64,000 nucleotides of DNA from an uncultured Chloroflexia bacterium. GTDB taxonomy: Bacteria > Chloroflexota > Limnocylindria > Limnocylindrales > CSP1-4. The DNA is taken from the NCBI GenBank assembly GCA_963794525.1, contig CAWCEC010000004.1:81222-145221 (forward strand), in the 5' to 3' direction. A program made the position numbers and the translations under genes. The notes beneath the pieces are model-generated. The model was given only the letters and a program-made list of their open reading frames with translations. It made no database searches and was not told the origin of the DNA. Within the stretch, counting starts at the first letter, position 1. Every line of letters begins with the position of its first letter. This document shows positions 21,186 to 31,240 of this stretch, piece by piece.

Positions 21186-21965
21186 GGCGGCGCGTCCCGG
21201 CCGACCGACTCGAACCGACGCAGCAGCGCATCCTCGCGAAATCCGATCCGCGCGTAGACGGATCGACCCATGACCGACGCGGTCAGGCTCGCTCGCTGGT
21301 ATCCCGCTTGCCGCGCGATGGCGAGCACCGCGAGCGTGGCCGTGGTGCCGTGCCCGGCGCCCCTCGCCTCGGGCACGGTCCCGACGTTGGTCACGAACCC
21401 GCTGTCGCCGCCGGGGAACAGCGATGCGCAGGCGACGGCCGCATCGCCATCACGGACCAGCACGTGCCACCACGGGGGAGGCGTCTCGCCCAGCGCCCCG
21501 CGATAGAGCTCCGTCCACGCGTCGATCCCTCTGGCATCTGACCAGCCGTAGGACCGCGCCATCACCCCGAGCCATTCATCGAGCGCGTCGTCGCCCACCT
21601 CATCGACCGCCCCGGCCGGTGACGGGAGCCCGGGCAGATCGATGACCATCCCGTACTCGGGCTCCGCCTCCGACAGGCCCCATGACAGGAGGCGCGCCGG
21701 GAGATCGGCGGGCTCGCTGGACTCGCCCATCCACCACGTCACCGGCACGCGACCGCCGTCGGACGCCGCGGCGTGTGCCGCCTCCAGCCTCGCGTCGATC
21801 GCCGCGGGATCGCCCCGGACCCTGATCCGATGGACGTGGTTGAGGCTCGCCGAGTGGCCGACCCGAGGCCAGCCAGGCGATCTCGTCGTCCTCGTGCAAC
21901 CGCGCTCCCGGGAGGCGTCCGAGCAGCGAGAACGCGCTGCTGAGGGCGCGCTCGGACGCCGTCAC
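21182..21965 (-). CDS. GNAT family N-acetyltransferase; frameshifted near 21850
   Basis: NVGTVPEARGAGHG acetyl-CoA motif, ASVMGRSVYARIGF; GTG start overlaps the enolase stop. Confidence 0.83.
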
Positions 21966-23137
21966 GCGACGCGGACGCCGGCCCCGTCGATGGTTCGCGT
22001 CTCGACGGCATGGCGGCGCAGGTAGTCCTCGTCGATGTCGACGCCGAGGCCCGGGCCGTCGGGGACGTCGACCCAGCCCTTGTCGACGTGCAAGGGTGTC
22101 GCCAGCAGACCCGGCACGATGCGGGTTGTCGTCGACGCCGTACTCCAGGTACAGGAGATCGGACGCCGGCGAGCGGTTGGGATCGGGCAGGCTGGCCAGG
22201 ACCTGCAGTCCCGCGGCGATGCCGATGGCGTTGTTCGACGTGTGCGGCATCGCCGCGATCGAGTGGACTGCCGCGAGGTCTGCGATCCAGAGGGTCTCCG
22301 TGACGCCGCCGCAGATCACCGGCTCGGGCTGGACGATGTCGACGCCGCCACTTCCAAGGAGGGCGATCGCCTCGCTCCTGGACTGCAGGATCTCGCCACC
22401 CGCGAGCGCGATGTCCAGGGCCGCCGCGAGACGCGGGTACCCGGCATATCCCTCGCGCTGGTGGACTGGTTCCTCGAACCAGATGAACCCCAGCCCGTTG
22501 AGGATGTTGCCCATCTCGATGGCCCGCGGGAACGTGTAGCCGGCATTGCCGTCGGCCATCAGATGGAAGTCGTCGGGGACGCTGGCACGCACCTCTCTCG
22601 AGGAGCTTCGCCTCGTGGGCGACCGGATACCGCCCGACCCGGAACTTCATCGCCGTGAAGCCGGCCTCCCGGATGCGCTCGACTTCCGCGGGCCACGTGT
22701 CGGCCGGGTCCTTGCCTTCGATGTAGCCACCGGAGGCCGCGTAGGCGCGTACGCTCGACCGCTGCGGACCGCCGAACGACGCGGAGATCGAGATCGCCGA
22801 GCTGCCGTGCCCGGAGGTCCTCGAGCGCGATCATCACCGCGGAGACCGCGTACGGGTGCTCGGCCGACCAGCGGACGTCGCGGATGTGGGCGCGCAACGG
22901 CTGCGCCGACTTGCCGATCAGTACCGGGGCCGTCGCCTCCACGATCGCGGGGATGCCCGGCACCGCGTACGTCTCGCCCCAGCCTGCGCGACCGTCGGCA
23001 TCGGTGATCTTGACCAGCACGTAGGCGTGCGTGCTCGACAGGGCGATCGACGGGCCGGTCCGCGGATCAAGCGTGTGGCTGACCAGGAAGGTCTCGACCT
23101 GGCGGATGACCCGGCCTTCATCGGTTCCTGACGGCAT
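21962..23137 (-). CDS. MR/MLE enolase-superfamily protein; several frameshifts (~22790, ~22590, ~22100)
   Basis: GWGETY, MKFRVGR, MADGN, WFEEP, GGE, QPE, MPH, LEY, GPGLG spread over frames. Confidence 0.85.
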
Positions 23138-23141
23138 GGTT

Positions 23142-24168
23142 TCAGTACCCTCGTTCTGGATCGACGCGATTGAGGAGCGGATCCCCGGCCACGAACCGGC
23201 GAAGGTTCTCCGCGACCAGGCTGGGCAGCTCGCGCGGTCGACGCCCCAGACACGTGCGGGGTGATGACGACGTTGGGCATGCGCCAGAGCGGGCTGGTCG
23301 GTGGGCAGCGGCTCCTCCCCGAAGACGTCGAGGACGGCGCCACCGATGCGGCCCGCAGCAAGGACCTCGGCGAGGGCATCCTCGTCGACGACCGGTCCAC
23401 GCCCGGTGCTGATCGAGCCAGGCATGACCGGGCAAGGCGCCGAGGACCTCGCGGCTGACGACGCCCCGGCTGGCCGCCGTGAGCGGCAGGGTGATCGAGA
23501 CGAAGTCGGCTTCGGCGACCACCTCGCGGAGCGCTTCGATGCCGGCGATCCGTTCGGGGATCGAGCCGTCCGGATCGCCGGTGCCCGGATGCCGGAACCC
23601 ATCGTCCGCGTGGATGGTCGGGTTGGCCTTGACGGCGATGACTCGCATGCCGTGAGCTGCGGCCAGCCTGGCGATCTCCCGCCCGATCCCGCCGTAGCCG
23701 ACGATGACGAGGGTCTTGCCGCGGACCGTGTCGCCGAGCAGATCGTCCTCACGTCCCTCCGGCCATCGTCCGGTCAGCTGCTGCTCGCGGCGCTGGTCTA
23801 CCTTCTCGGCCACGCGGAGGATCGCGGCGATCGTGTACTGGGCGATCGATGTGGCGTACGCGCCGCGGGCGTTGGTCAGAGCGATCTCCGACGGCCACGA
23901 GGTATCCTCGTCCAGCAGGTGCTCCACGCCGGCAGACAGCACCTGGAGCCAGCGAAGGCTGGGCGTCCTCGTTCGATCGCTTGGCAGCCGGCGCCCGATA
24001 ACGCCGTCGAGATCGGTCGCGGCGACCTCGTCGATTGCGGCCTGGTCCGTGCCGTCCGCGATCCTGCAGATGCAGGTGCGGCGAGATCGCCTCGAACGCG
24101 GCGATCGCCTCCGGTTCGAACGCGAAGGCGATCCCGACCGTCACGTCGGCACCGGGAAGGCTGGTCAC
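23142..24168 (-). CDS. D-2-hydroxyacid dehydrogenase; multiple frameshifts
   Basis: LSAGV, TNARG, IVGYGGIG, TLPLT, GRGPVVDE, LDVFGEEPLP, ITPHVSG, NRVDPERGY. Confidence 0.87.
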
Positions 24169-25394
24169 GCGTACTCGATCGCGCCCGGCCGGTACGGGTG
24201 CGCCTCGACGAAGGCCGGATCGAGCGTGATCCCGAGGCCGGGTGCGCTCGGCCGTTCGACGAACCCATCCACCAGGCGGATCGGCTCACTGAGCAGCTGC
24301 TGGCGGATGTTGTCGGGTGCCAGGGCGTACTCGACGAACCGGGCGTTCGGGCTCGCGAACGCGACATGGAGGTTGGCCATGAAGCCCGGACCGACCGCTG
24401 CGCCGGTGTGCACGATCAGCCCGACGTGGCGCGCCTCGGCGAACCGGGCGATGTCACGGGTGACGGCGACGCCGCCGACATGGGTGGCGTCGGGCTGGAC
24501 GTAGTCGAACGCCCCGGCATCGATGAAGCGGCTGAACTCGTCGATCCCGGTCAGGCACTCGCCGCCCGCGATCGGCACCCGGGTCGCGGCACGGAGCTCC
24601 GCGTAGCCGGCCGGGTCGTCGTAGCGAAGCGGCTCCTCCATGAACAGGAGGTCGAACGGCTCCAGTGCCTTCGCCAGGTCCAGTGCGGTCCGTCGCGACC
24701 ACGGCTCGCGCACCTGGACCGCATGACAGTCCGTGGCGAGCTCGACGTCCGGCCCGAGTGCCTCGCGCAGCGCCCCGAACTTGTCCCGCTCGTCCGCGAC
24801 CCGGATGGCCGTGCCGGCGCCGTACCACGTGCCATACGGCGGGTCGCCGGGCGCGGTCGTGAAGCCACCCGGTCGGCCCTCGAACCCGGTTCCGATCTTC
24901 AGCCCGCGGAAGCCGAGCGAGCTGTAGCGGCGCGCCTGGTCGACCGTGCGTTCGAGCGGCCAGGCACCGGTACCGCCCGACGCATAGAGCGGCAGCCGAT
25001 CATGGGCGGGGCCGCCCAACAGCTCGTGGACCGGCCGACCGGCGACCTTGCCCGCGACGTCCCACAGCGCCATCTCGACGCCGGACAAGACCGACAGGCC
25101 GAGGCCGACCCGGCCCCACCAGAGCGACCGCTGGTAGAGCTCGCGAGCGCAGGTCTCCGGCTGCCGGGGATCGAGCCCGAGAGTGATGAGCAAGCCGCCG
25201 TAGTAGTCGACGAGCGGCGGCACGGTGTCCGCGCAGAAGTAGCCCATGATCGTCTCGCCGACACCGACTACGCCGTCATCGGTCTCGACGACGACGAGTG
25301 CCGCGGTCCGCTCGAACAGCTCGCCCGGCTGCCAGAAGGGATCGCCCGTCCAGGGCACCGTGACGAGGGCGGTCCGGACGGCCGTGACCCGCAC
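24165..25394 (-). CDS. MR/MLE enolase-superfamily protein
   Basis: GVGE, SGVEMALWDVAGK, LKIG, TDCH, MEEP, GGE, QPD, IVH, PGLG. Confidence 0.92.
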   Translation of the reverse strand: MRVTAVRTALVTVPWTGDPFWQPGELFERTAALVVVETDDGVVGVGETIMGYFCADTVPPLVDYYGGLLITLGLDPRQPETCARELYQRSLWWGRVGLGLSVLSGVEMALWDVAGKVAGRPVHELLGGPAHDRLPLYASGGTGAWPLERTVDQARRYSSLGFRGLKIGTGFEGRPGGFTTAPGDPPYGTWYGAGTAIRVADERDKFGALREALGPDVELATDCHAVQVREPWSRRTALDLAKALEPFDLLFMEEPLRYDDPAGYAELRAATRVPIAGGECLTGIDEFSRFIDAGAFDYVQPDATHVGGVAVTRDIARFAEARHVGLIVHTGAAVGPGFMANLHVAFASPNARFVEYALAPDNIRQQLLSEPIRLVDGFVERPSAPGLGITLDPAFVEAHPYRPGAIEYA

Positions 25395-25402
25395 GCGACG
25401 GC

Positions 25403-26437
25403 TCAGCCGGCCGCGTCGACGACGAGGTCGCCGGGAACGGCGTCGACGCTCGGCAGGCCGCACAGGCCGGCGTCATCGGCGAGCTCGGCGCGCAATCCAT
25501 CGAGGACTCGCGCGACGCCTTCTGCCCCACCCACGGCCAGGCCCCACATCGCGGGCCGCCCGATCATCACCGCCCGAGCGCCGAGGGCAAGGGCCACGAG
25601 GATGTCGCTGCCACTGCGGACGCCGCCGTCGAGGTAGACCTCTGCCCCCGCAGCACCCGCGACGACGTCGGGAAGCGCGTCGAGGGTCGAGAGCGAACGC
25701 TCGAGCTGGCGGCCGCCATGGTTCGACACGATCACGCCCGCGGCGCCCGCGTCCACCGCGCGAGCGGCATCGGCGCGCGTCATCACGCCCTTGGGGACGA
25801 TCGGCAGGCTCGTCACGGATCGCAGCCAGGACAGGTACTCCCAGGTGTTCGACGCAACGAGGCCGGGTGACGTCTCGAAGTGCGCGAACCGGGCGCCGCC
25901 CGGCAGGCGGAAACCCAGCCGTGGCGAGGTGTGGTTCACGCCGATCGGCGTGTTGACGAGGGGAACGATCGCGCGGCAGCCGGCGGCCTCCGCGCGAGCG
26001 ACGACCGCGGCAAGCGCATCGCGATCGTCCCAGTTGTAGAGCTGGAACCAGAGCGGCAAGCCGGGCGCCGCAGCCGCGATCTCCTCGACGCTCGTCGTCG
26101 CGTTGACGGCGACCACGAGGAGACTTCCGGCTTGCGCGGTGCCGGTAGCCATCGCGAGCTCGCCGTCCGGGTGGACGGCACGCTGCAAGCCCATCGGCCC
26201 GACCATGACCGGGGCGGCGATCGGGGCACCGAGCACGGTCGTTGCCGTCCGCACATCGGACACGTCGACGAGGACACTCGGGCGGAGGCGTCGCCGTCGG
26301 AACGCGGCCTCGTTGTCGCCGTCGAAGCCCACCCCCGATCCCGATCGGATCCATTCGAAGGTCGGTGTGTCGAGCAGGTGGCGAGCGACGTCCTGGTAGA
26401 TCCGCGGATCGAGACGCGCGACGAGCGAGTCGCTCAT
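25403..26437 (-). CDS. FMN-dependent alpha-hydroxy-acid oxidase (divergent)
   Basis: LRP.VLVDVS, HPDGE, WFQLY, PKGV, VSNHGGRQ, DGGVRSGSD, GRP. Confidence 0.9.
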   Translation of the reverse strand: MSDSLVARLDPRIYQDVARHLLDTPTFEWIRSGSGVGFDGDNEAAFRRRRLRPSVLVDVSDVRTATTVLGAPIAAPVMVGPMGLQRAVHPDGELAMATGTAQAGSLLVVAVNATTSVEEIAAAAPGLPLWFQLYNWDDRDALAAVVARAEAAGCRAIVPLVNTPIGVNHTSPRLGFRLPGGARFAHFETSPGLVASNTWEYLSWLRSVTSLPIVPKGVMTRADAARAVDAGAAGVIVSNHGGRQLERSLSTLDALPDVVAGAAGAEVYLDGGVRSGSDILVALALGARAVMIGRPAMWGLAVGGAEGVARVLDGLRAELADDAGLCGLPSVDAVPGDLVVDAAG

Positions 26438-26504
26438 CAGCGGTTGGGTGAGAATGGCATCCGAACCCTCGTTCGCCCGATGGACGGGCGGGTTCCTGAC
26501 AATG

Positions 26505-26522
26505 TAGATTGTCGACAATCTA
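26505..26522. promoter_or_regulatory. GntR operator, perfect 18-bp palindrome TAGATTGTCGACAATCTA
   Basis: Directly upstream of the GntR gene; its right arm forms the -10 (TAGATT) of a minus-strand promoter with TTGACT at 26546-26541 (18-bp spacer). Confidence 0.88.
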
Positions 26523-26587
26523 ATGTTCGGGCTCGGGACGAGTCAAGCCGATCGGCCCGCGCCCGACGGAGGTGCGCCGTGGGGGTC

Positions 26588-27271
26588 GTGAACCTGTTGC
26601 CCGTCGAGCGGCGCGTCCTCCGACACGAGGTCCTCGCGGGACTGCGCAACGGGATCCTCGCGGGCGACATCACGCCCGGCACCCGCCTCCTGGAGGTTCC
26701 ACTCGCCAACGAGCTGGGCGTCAGCCGGGGACCCGTTCGCGAGGCGCTCCGCCAGCTCGAGCAGGAGGGGCTGGTCGAGTTCTATCCGCATCGAGGGGCC
26801 GTCGTCGTCGGCGTCGCCGAGGTCGAGGTCGAGACGATCTACGGGATCCGCGCTCTGCTGGAGGGGCGGGCATTCGCGCGGGCCTGCCGCGTGGTGACCG
26901 ATGACGACCTGGACGCGCTCGCGGAAACGGTCGAGCGGATGGTCGCCGCCAGCGAAGCTGGCGACGTCGCCGCCGTCACCGAGTACGACCTGCAGTTCCA
27001 CGGACGGGTCGTCGAGATCTCGGGCTTCCAGTACCTGCGCCGCCTGTGGGCGAGCATCGATGGCGTCGTCCGCGCGCGGACGGCCGCGAGCGCGTCGCGA
27101 CCGGAGCTGGCCGATCCGATCGAGGCGCGGGACTGGTTGATCGGACCATCGATCGAACACCGCGAGCTCGTCGACGCGCTTCGAAGCCGGCGACCCGCGC
27201 TCGCGTCGCGCGCCGCGACGGTCCACGTGACACAAGGGCTGGACCGCCTACGGGCCGACACCCGTCGGTGA
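26588..27271 (+). CDS. GntR (FadR/FCD) transcriptional regulator
   Basis: wHTH LANELGVSRGPVREALRQLEQEGLV; FCD domain D.QFH...EH...H. Confidence 0.93.
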   Translation: MNLLPVERRVLRHEVLAGLRNGILAGDITPGTRLLEVPLANELGVSRGPVREALRQLEQEGLVEFYPHRGAVVVGVAEVEVETIYGIRALLEGRAFARACRVVTDDDLDALAETVERMVAASEAGDVAAVTEYDLQFHGRVVEISGFQYLRRLWASIDGVVRARTAASASRPELADPIEARDWLIGPSIEHRELVDALRSRRPALASRAATVHVTQGLDRLRADTRR

Positions 27272-28368
27272 TCGAGCGGGCGGAGGTCCTCGTCCTCAGT
27301 CACCGGCTGTCCCGCACACGCCTGTTCTCGACGGGATCGAATGTCACTCGCGATTCGGTCGTCGTCCGCCTCGCGGACGGCGACGGGCGGATCGGGTGGG
27401 GTGAGACCTATCTCGTTCCAGGGGCAGTGGACGCCTGTCGCGCGATGGCCGGCGAGCTCGGCGGTCGCGACCCCGACTCGGCCGCGAGCGAGCTGACCTC
27501 GCGTCGGTCGGTGCATCGATGGGCGCTCGGGGCAGTATCGATGGCGCTCGACGACCTGCGTGCGCGCCGGCGGGGCGTGGCGGTCTCCGACCTGTATGGG
27601 ACCCGCGTGCGCGCTCGGGTCCGGCCATATGCCTCGAGCCGCGGCTACGTCGACGGCATGGACCCGGCCGACGCTTGGGGCGAGGAGGCCGCCGCCGTGA
27701 GCGGCGACGGTTTCCGGGCGATGAAGCTGCGGATCGGGCGGTTCGACCTCGCGGGCGAGCTCGACGCGATCGAACGGGTCGTGACCGGATCGCCGCCGAT
27801 GACCTGGATGGCCGACGGTAACGGTGCGTATTCGCTCGACGAGAGCCGCCGGGTTGGCGCCGCCCTGGAGGCGCTCGACTTCCGCTGGCTCGAGGAGCCC
27901 CTGCCGACCTCAGACTACGCGGCGTACGCGCCGCTCGCGCGCGAGCTCCGGATCCCGCTTGCCGGTGGGGAGATCCTCGAATCGGCCGAGGCCGCGACCC
28001 CGTTCCTGGCCGGTGGCTCGTTCGACCTCGTGCAGCCCGATGTCTCCATCTGCGGCGGGATCGCCGGGGTGCTCGAGATCGCCCGTGCTGCTGCTGCGGC
28101 GGGGACGGTCACGGTGCCCCATGCGTGCAGCGGCGCGATCGCGATGGCCGCCACGCTCCAGGTCCTGGCCGTCCTCGAGGTACCACAGGACGCGCCGCCT
28201 TGGGCCGAGCCGCTGCTCGAGTTCGACGTGGGTGAGAACCCGATCCGGACGGACCTCTCCACGACGCCGCTCACGCCGGTCGATGGCTGGATCGAGATCC
28301 CTGGCGGGCCGGGATTGGGCATCGAGGTCGACGAAGCGGCCGTTCGCCGGCTGTCGATCGCCGCCTGA
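27268..28368 (+). CDS. MR/MLE enolase-superfamily protein
   Basis: GWGETY, MKLRIGR, MADGN, LEEP, GGE, QPD, VPH, GPGLG; paralog of 21962-23137. Confidence 0.92.
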   Translation: MIERAEVLVLSHRLSRTRLFSTGSNVTRDSVVVRLADGDGRIGWGETYLVPGAVDACRAMAGELGGRDPDSAASELTSRRSVHRWALGAVSMALDDLRARRRGVAVSDLYGTRVRARVRPYASSRGYVDGMDPADAWGEEAAAVSGDGFRAMKLRIGRFDLAGELDAIERVVTGSPPMTWMADGNGAYSLDESRRVGAALEALDFRWLEEPLPTSDYAAYAPLARELRIPLAGGEILESAEAATPFLAGGSFDLVQPDVSICGGIAGVLEIARAAAAAGTVTVPHACSGAIAMAATLQVLAVLEVPQDAPPWAEPLLEFDVGENPIRTDLSTTPLTPVDGWIEIPGGPGLGIEVDEAAVRRLSIAA

Positions 28369-28382
28369 CGTCGCTGCCCGGC

Positions 28383-29192
28383 ATGTCGATCCAGCCGGAG
28401 GCAGCGTCGCTGGATGCGAACTTCGCCGAGCTCCTCGCGTGGTACGCCGCATGGCCGGGAGGCGAGATCCGGCGCGACCGCGACCTCCTCCTGACATCGG
28501 CAGGGGTGCCGTTCCGCGCCATCAACGCCGCGTCACTGGCCGATCTCGCGCCGGACGCGGCAGCGGACCGCATCGCCGACGGGGTGGCCTGGCTGGCCGC
28601 CCGGACCGACCGCTGGCGCTGGCTCGTGGGACCGACGTCGCGACCGCCGGACCTCGAGGCGTTGCTTCGGGCCGCCGGGATTGTCCTCCTCAGCGACAAC
28701 CCGGGCATGGCGCTGGACCTTCGGGCCTGGGAACCTGGGGCGCCGGGGCCTGCCGGGCTGCGAATCGAGCTCGTGGTAGACGAGGGCGGGCTCGCTCGCT
28801 GGCGGGACGTCCAGCAACGCGGTCTCGGACTCGATGACGAGGCGACCGACGCCTGGTGGGTCGCCCATCGCCGTCCCGGGTTCGATCCTGCGCATCCCCT
28901 GCAGAACTGGGTCGCGAGTCTCGAGGGCGGGCCGGTCGCGGCGGCCGCCCTGTTCGTGGGTGCGGGCGTTGCCGGGATCTACAACGTGTGCACCGTGCCC
29001 GAAGCCAGGGGTCGCGGGATCGGACGTGCGGTCACGGGCGCGGCGCTCGACGGGGCCGTGTCGCGCGGTCTCAGCCTGGCGATCCTAGGCGCGTCGGAGA
29101 TGGGCTTCCCCGTCTATCGGCGGATGGGCTTTCGCGAGGTGTCGAGACTGCGCTCGTACGCGCCGCCACCGCCCGCAACGCCGGCGGTGTAG
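28383..29192 (+). CDS. GNAT family N-acetyltransferase
   Basis: AGIYNVCTVPEARGRGIG, ASEMGFPVYRRMGF. Confidence 0.9.
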   Translation: MSIQPEAASLDANFAELLAWYAAWPGGEIRRDRDLLLTSAGVPFRAINAASLADLAPDAAADRIADGVAWLAARTDRWRWLVGPTSRPPDLEALLRAAGIVLLSDNPGMALDLRAWEPGAPGPAGLRIELVVDEGGLARWRDVQQRGLGLDDEATDAWWVAHRRPGFDPAHPLQNWVASLEGGPVAAAALFVGAGVAGIYNVCTVPEARGRGIGRAVTGAALDGAVSRGLSLAILGASEMGFPVYRRMGFREVSRLRSYAPPPPATPAV

Positions 29193-29209
29193 CCCCTTCC
29201 ACTGCCTCG

Positions 29210-30108
29210 CTATGCGTGCGAGCGGAACTCCCCTGCACCAGCGGGTCGGACTGCGAACGCCATCGTGGGCGTGTTCCAGGTCACCCCGATCCGACCGGAG
29301 CGTTCGAGCGTGATGAGGCCGCCCCGACCGTTCACGCGGGCGAGGGCAGCGAGCGCTCGTTCGGCCGCCACCTGCGGGTCGAGACCCTCACCCATCAGGT
29401 CCGCGGCCCGTTTGGCCAGCACGACCGGGATGATCCGTTCGCCGTGCCCCGAGGTCGTGACAGCCCCCGACTCGTTGTCGGCATACAGGCCCGCCCCGAT
29501 GAACGGCGAGTCCCCCACGCGACCGGGCGGTTTGAATGGCATCCCGCCGGTCGACGTGCCCGCGGCGAGGTTCCCGGTGTGGTCGAGGGCGACGGCGCCG
29601 ACCGTATCGCGGCCGAACATCGACTTCACCCAGTCCGGATCCGGGTGGGCGCGGCGCTCCTCCCAGGCAAGGCGCTCGGCCTCGGAGACCATGTCGGCTG
29701 GGTCGCACGTCTCGACGCCGGCTCGCTCGGCGAACCGCCGCGCGCCGGCCCCGGTGAACACGGCGAACGGGCTCTCGAGGACGCGTCGGGCGAGCGTGAT
29801 CGGGTTCGGCACGCCCACGTACCGACGTGACCGACCCGACGTCGAGCTTCGCGCCGTCCATGATCCCGGCGTCGACCTCGATGACCCCCTCCTCCGTGAG
29901 CGCCGAACCGCGGCCGGCGCCGAAGATGCCCGAGTTCTCGAGCGTCGCGGACGGCCGCCTCGACGGCATCGAGGGCGCTGCCGCCGCCGTCCAACGCACG
30001 CCATCCGTCGCTCGCTGCGGCCAGGCAACCGTCACGGAAGCGAGCCCGCTGGTCGGGCGGGATATCGAACGCGCCGCCGTGGACGGCGATCGCAGCGAAC
30101 CCTGTCAT
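29210..30108 (-). CDS. Isoaspartyl peptidase/L-asparaginase (Ntn hydrolase); frameshifted
   Basis: AVHGGA, SALDAVEAAV, DAGIMDG, NPITLAR, DTVGAVALD (Thr nucleophile), STGG, GRVGDSP, SGHGE. Confidence 0.9.
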
Positions 30109-31235
30109 CGCGTCTCCGGCGTGGCGTCCAGCAGGTCGCCGATGGTGCCGGCGGCCTTGAGGCCGTGACCTGTCAGTGCCACGACGACGATACCGTCGCC
30201 CGGTCCGAGCCGGGCCAGACCGGCGAACGCCGCGGCCGAGGTCGGTTCGGCGAACAGCCCCTGTCCGAGGAGGCCACGGAGGGCGTCACGGATCTCCGTA
30301 TCGGTCACTTCGACGATGTCGCCGCCGGTCTGTCGGATGGCCCTGAGGATCTGCCGCGAGCGAGGCGGTTTCGCGATGCGGATGCCCTCGGCGATCGTCG
30401 GGCCCGGTTCCACCGCTCTCGCGTCGTCCAGCCCTTCTCGAAACGCAACGGCGAGGGGGGCGCAGGCACTGCTCTGGACGCCGACGAGCCGCGGGATCCG
30501 CTCGATCAAGCCGGCATCCCGGAGCCGACCGAAGCCGAGGTGGGCGCCGAGCAGCAGCGTGCCCCCGCCGAGCGGTGCCACCAGCGTGTCCGGCGCTTTT
30601 CCTCCGAGCCCCTCGAAGACCTCATAGGCGAACGTCGCGGTGCCCGCGAGGAAGGCCGCCCCCCAGAGATGTGAGGCGTACACGACGTCGGGTCCGGACA
30701 CCTCGACGGTGGCCCGCGCCGCCTCCCCGGCTGCCGACCGCGGCCCCGGCACGGTGGTGATCGTGGCGCCATGTGCGCGAGCCTGGGCCAGCTTGGCCGG
30801 CGACGCGTCGGCCGGGACGAACAGGTGAGCGTGCAGGCCGGCCCGCGCCGCGTAGGCGGCGAATGACGCTGCGGCATTGCCCGACGAATCGACGACGATC
30901 CCGCGGATGCCCCCGGCGCGCAGCCACGACAGGGTCACGGCGGTGCCACGGTCCTTGAACGACCCGGTGGGCAGCCCGCCCTCGAGCTTCGCCACCACGC
31001 GGCCTTGCACTCCGGTCACGTCGACGAGCGCCGTGCGCGGCTCGCCGAGGGTGACCGGGTCCAGCTCGGGCAGCCAGCCGCGATATCGCCACAGGCCCTC
31101 GGCCGTGCCGGTCGCGAAGGTCGCTGCCTCGGCCGCAGGCAGGTCGATCTCGAGCGGTGAGCCGCACGCCTGGCAGCGCCACGGCCGACCTGACGCTTCG
31201 AGGCCACACGACCCGCACCGCACGTCGGCCACCAC
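30105..31235 (-). CDS. Threonine synthase-like fold-type II PLP enzyme
   Basis: N-terminal CxxC...CxxC, GLWRY, TLGE..T, PTGSFKDRG, DSSGNA, EPTSA, LTGHGLK. Confidence 0.87.
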   Translation of the reverse strand: MVADVRCGSCGLEASGRPWRCQACGSPLEIDLPAAEAATFATGTAEGLWRYRGWLPELDPVTLGEPRTALVDVTGVQGRVVAKLEGGLPTGSFKDRGTAVTLSWLRAGGIRGIVVDSSGNAAASFAAYAARAGLHAHLFVPADASPAKLAQARAHGATITTVPGPRSAAGEAARATVEVSGPDVVYASHLWGAAFLAGTATFAYEVFEGLGGKAPDTLVAPLGGGTLLLGAHLGFGRLRDAGLIERIPRLVGVQSSACAPLAVAFREGLDDARAVEPGPTIAEGIRIAKPPRSRQILRAIRQTGGDIVEVTDTEIRDALRGLLGQGLFAEPTSAAAFAGLARLGPGDGIVVVALTGHGLKAAGTIGDLLDATPETR

Positions 31236-31240
31236 GCTCG

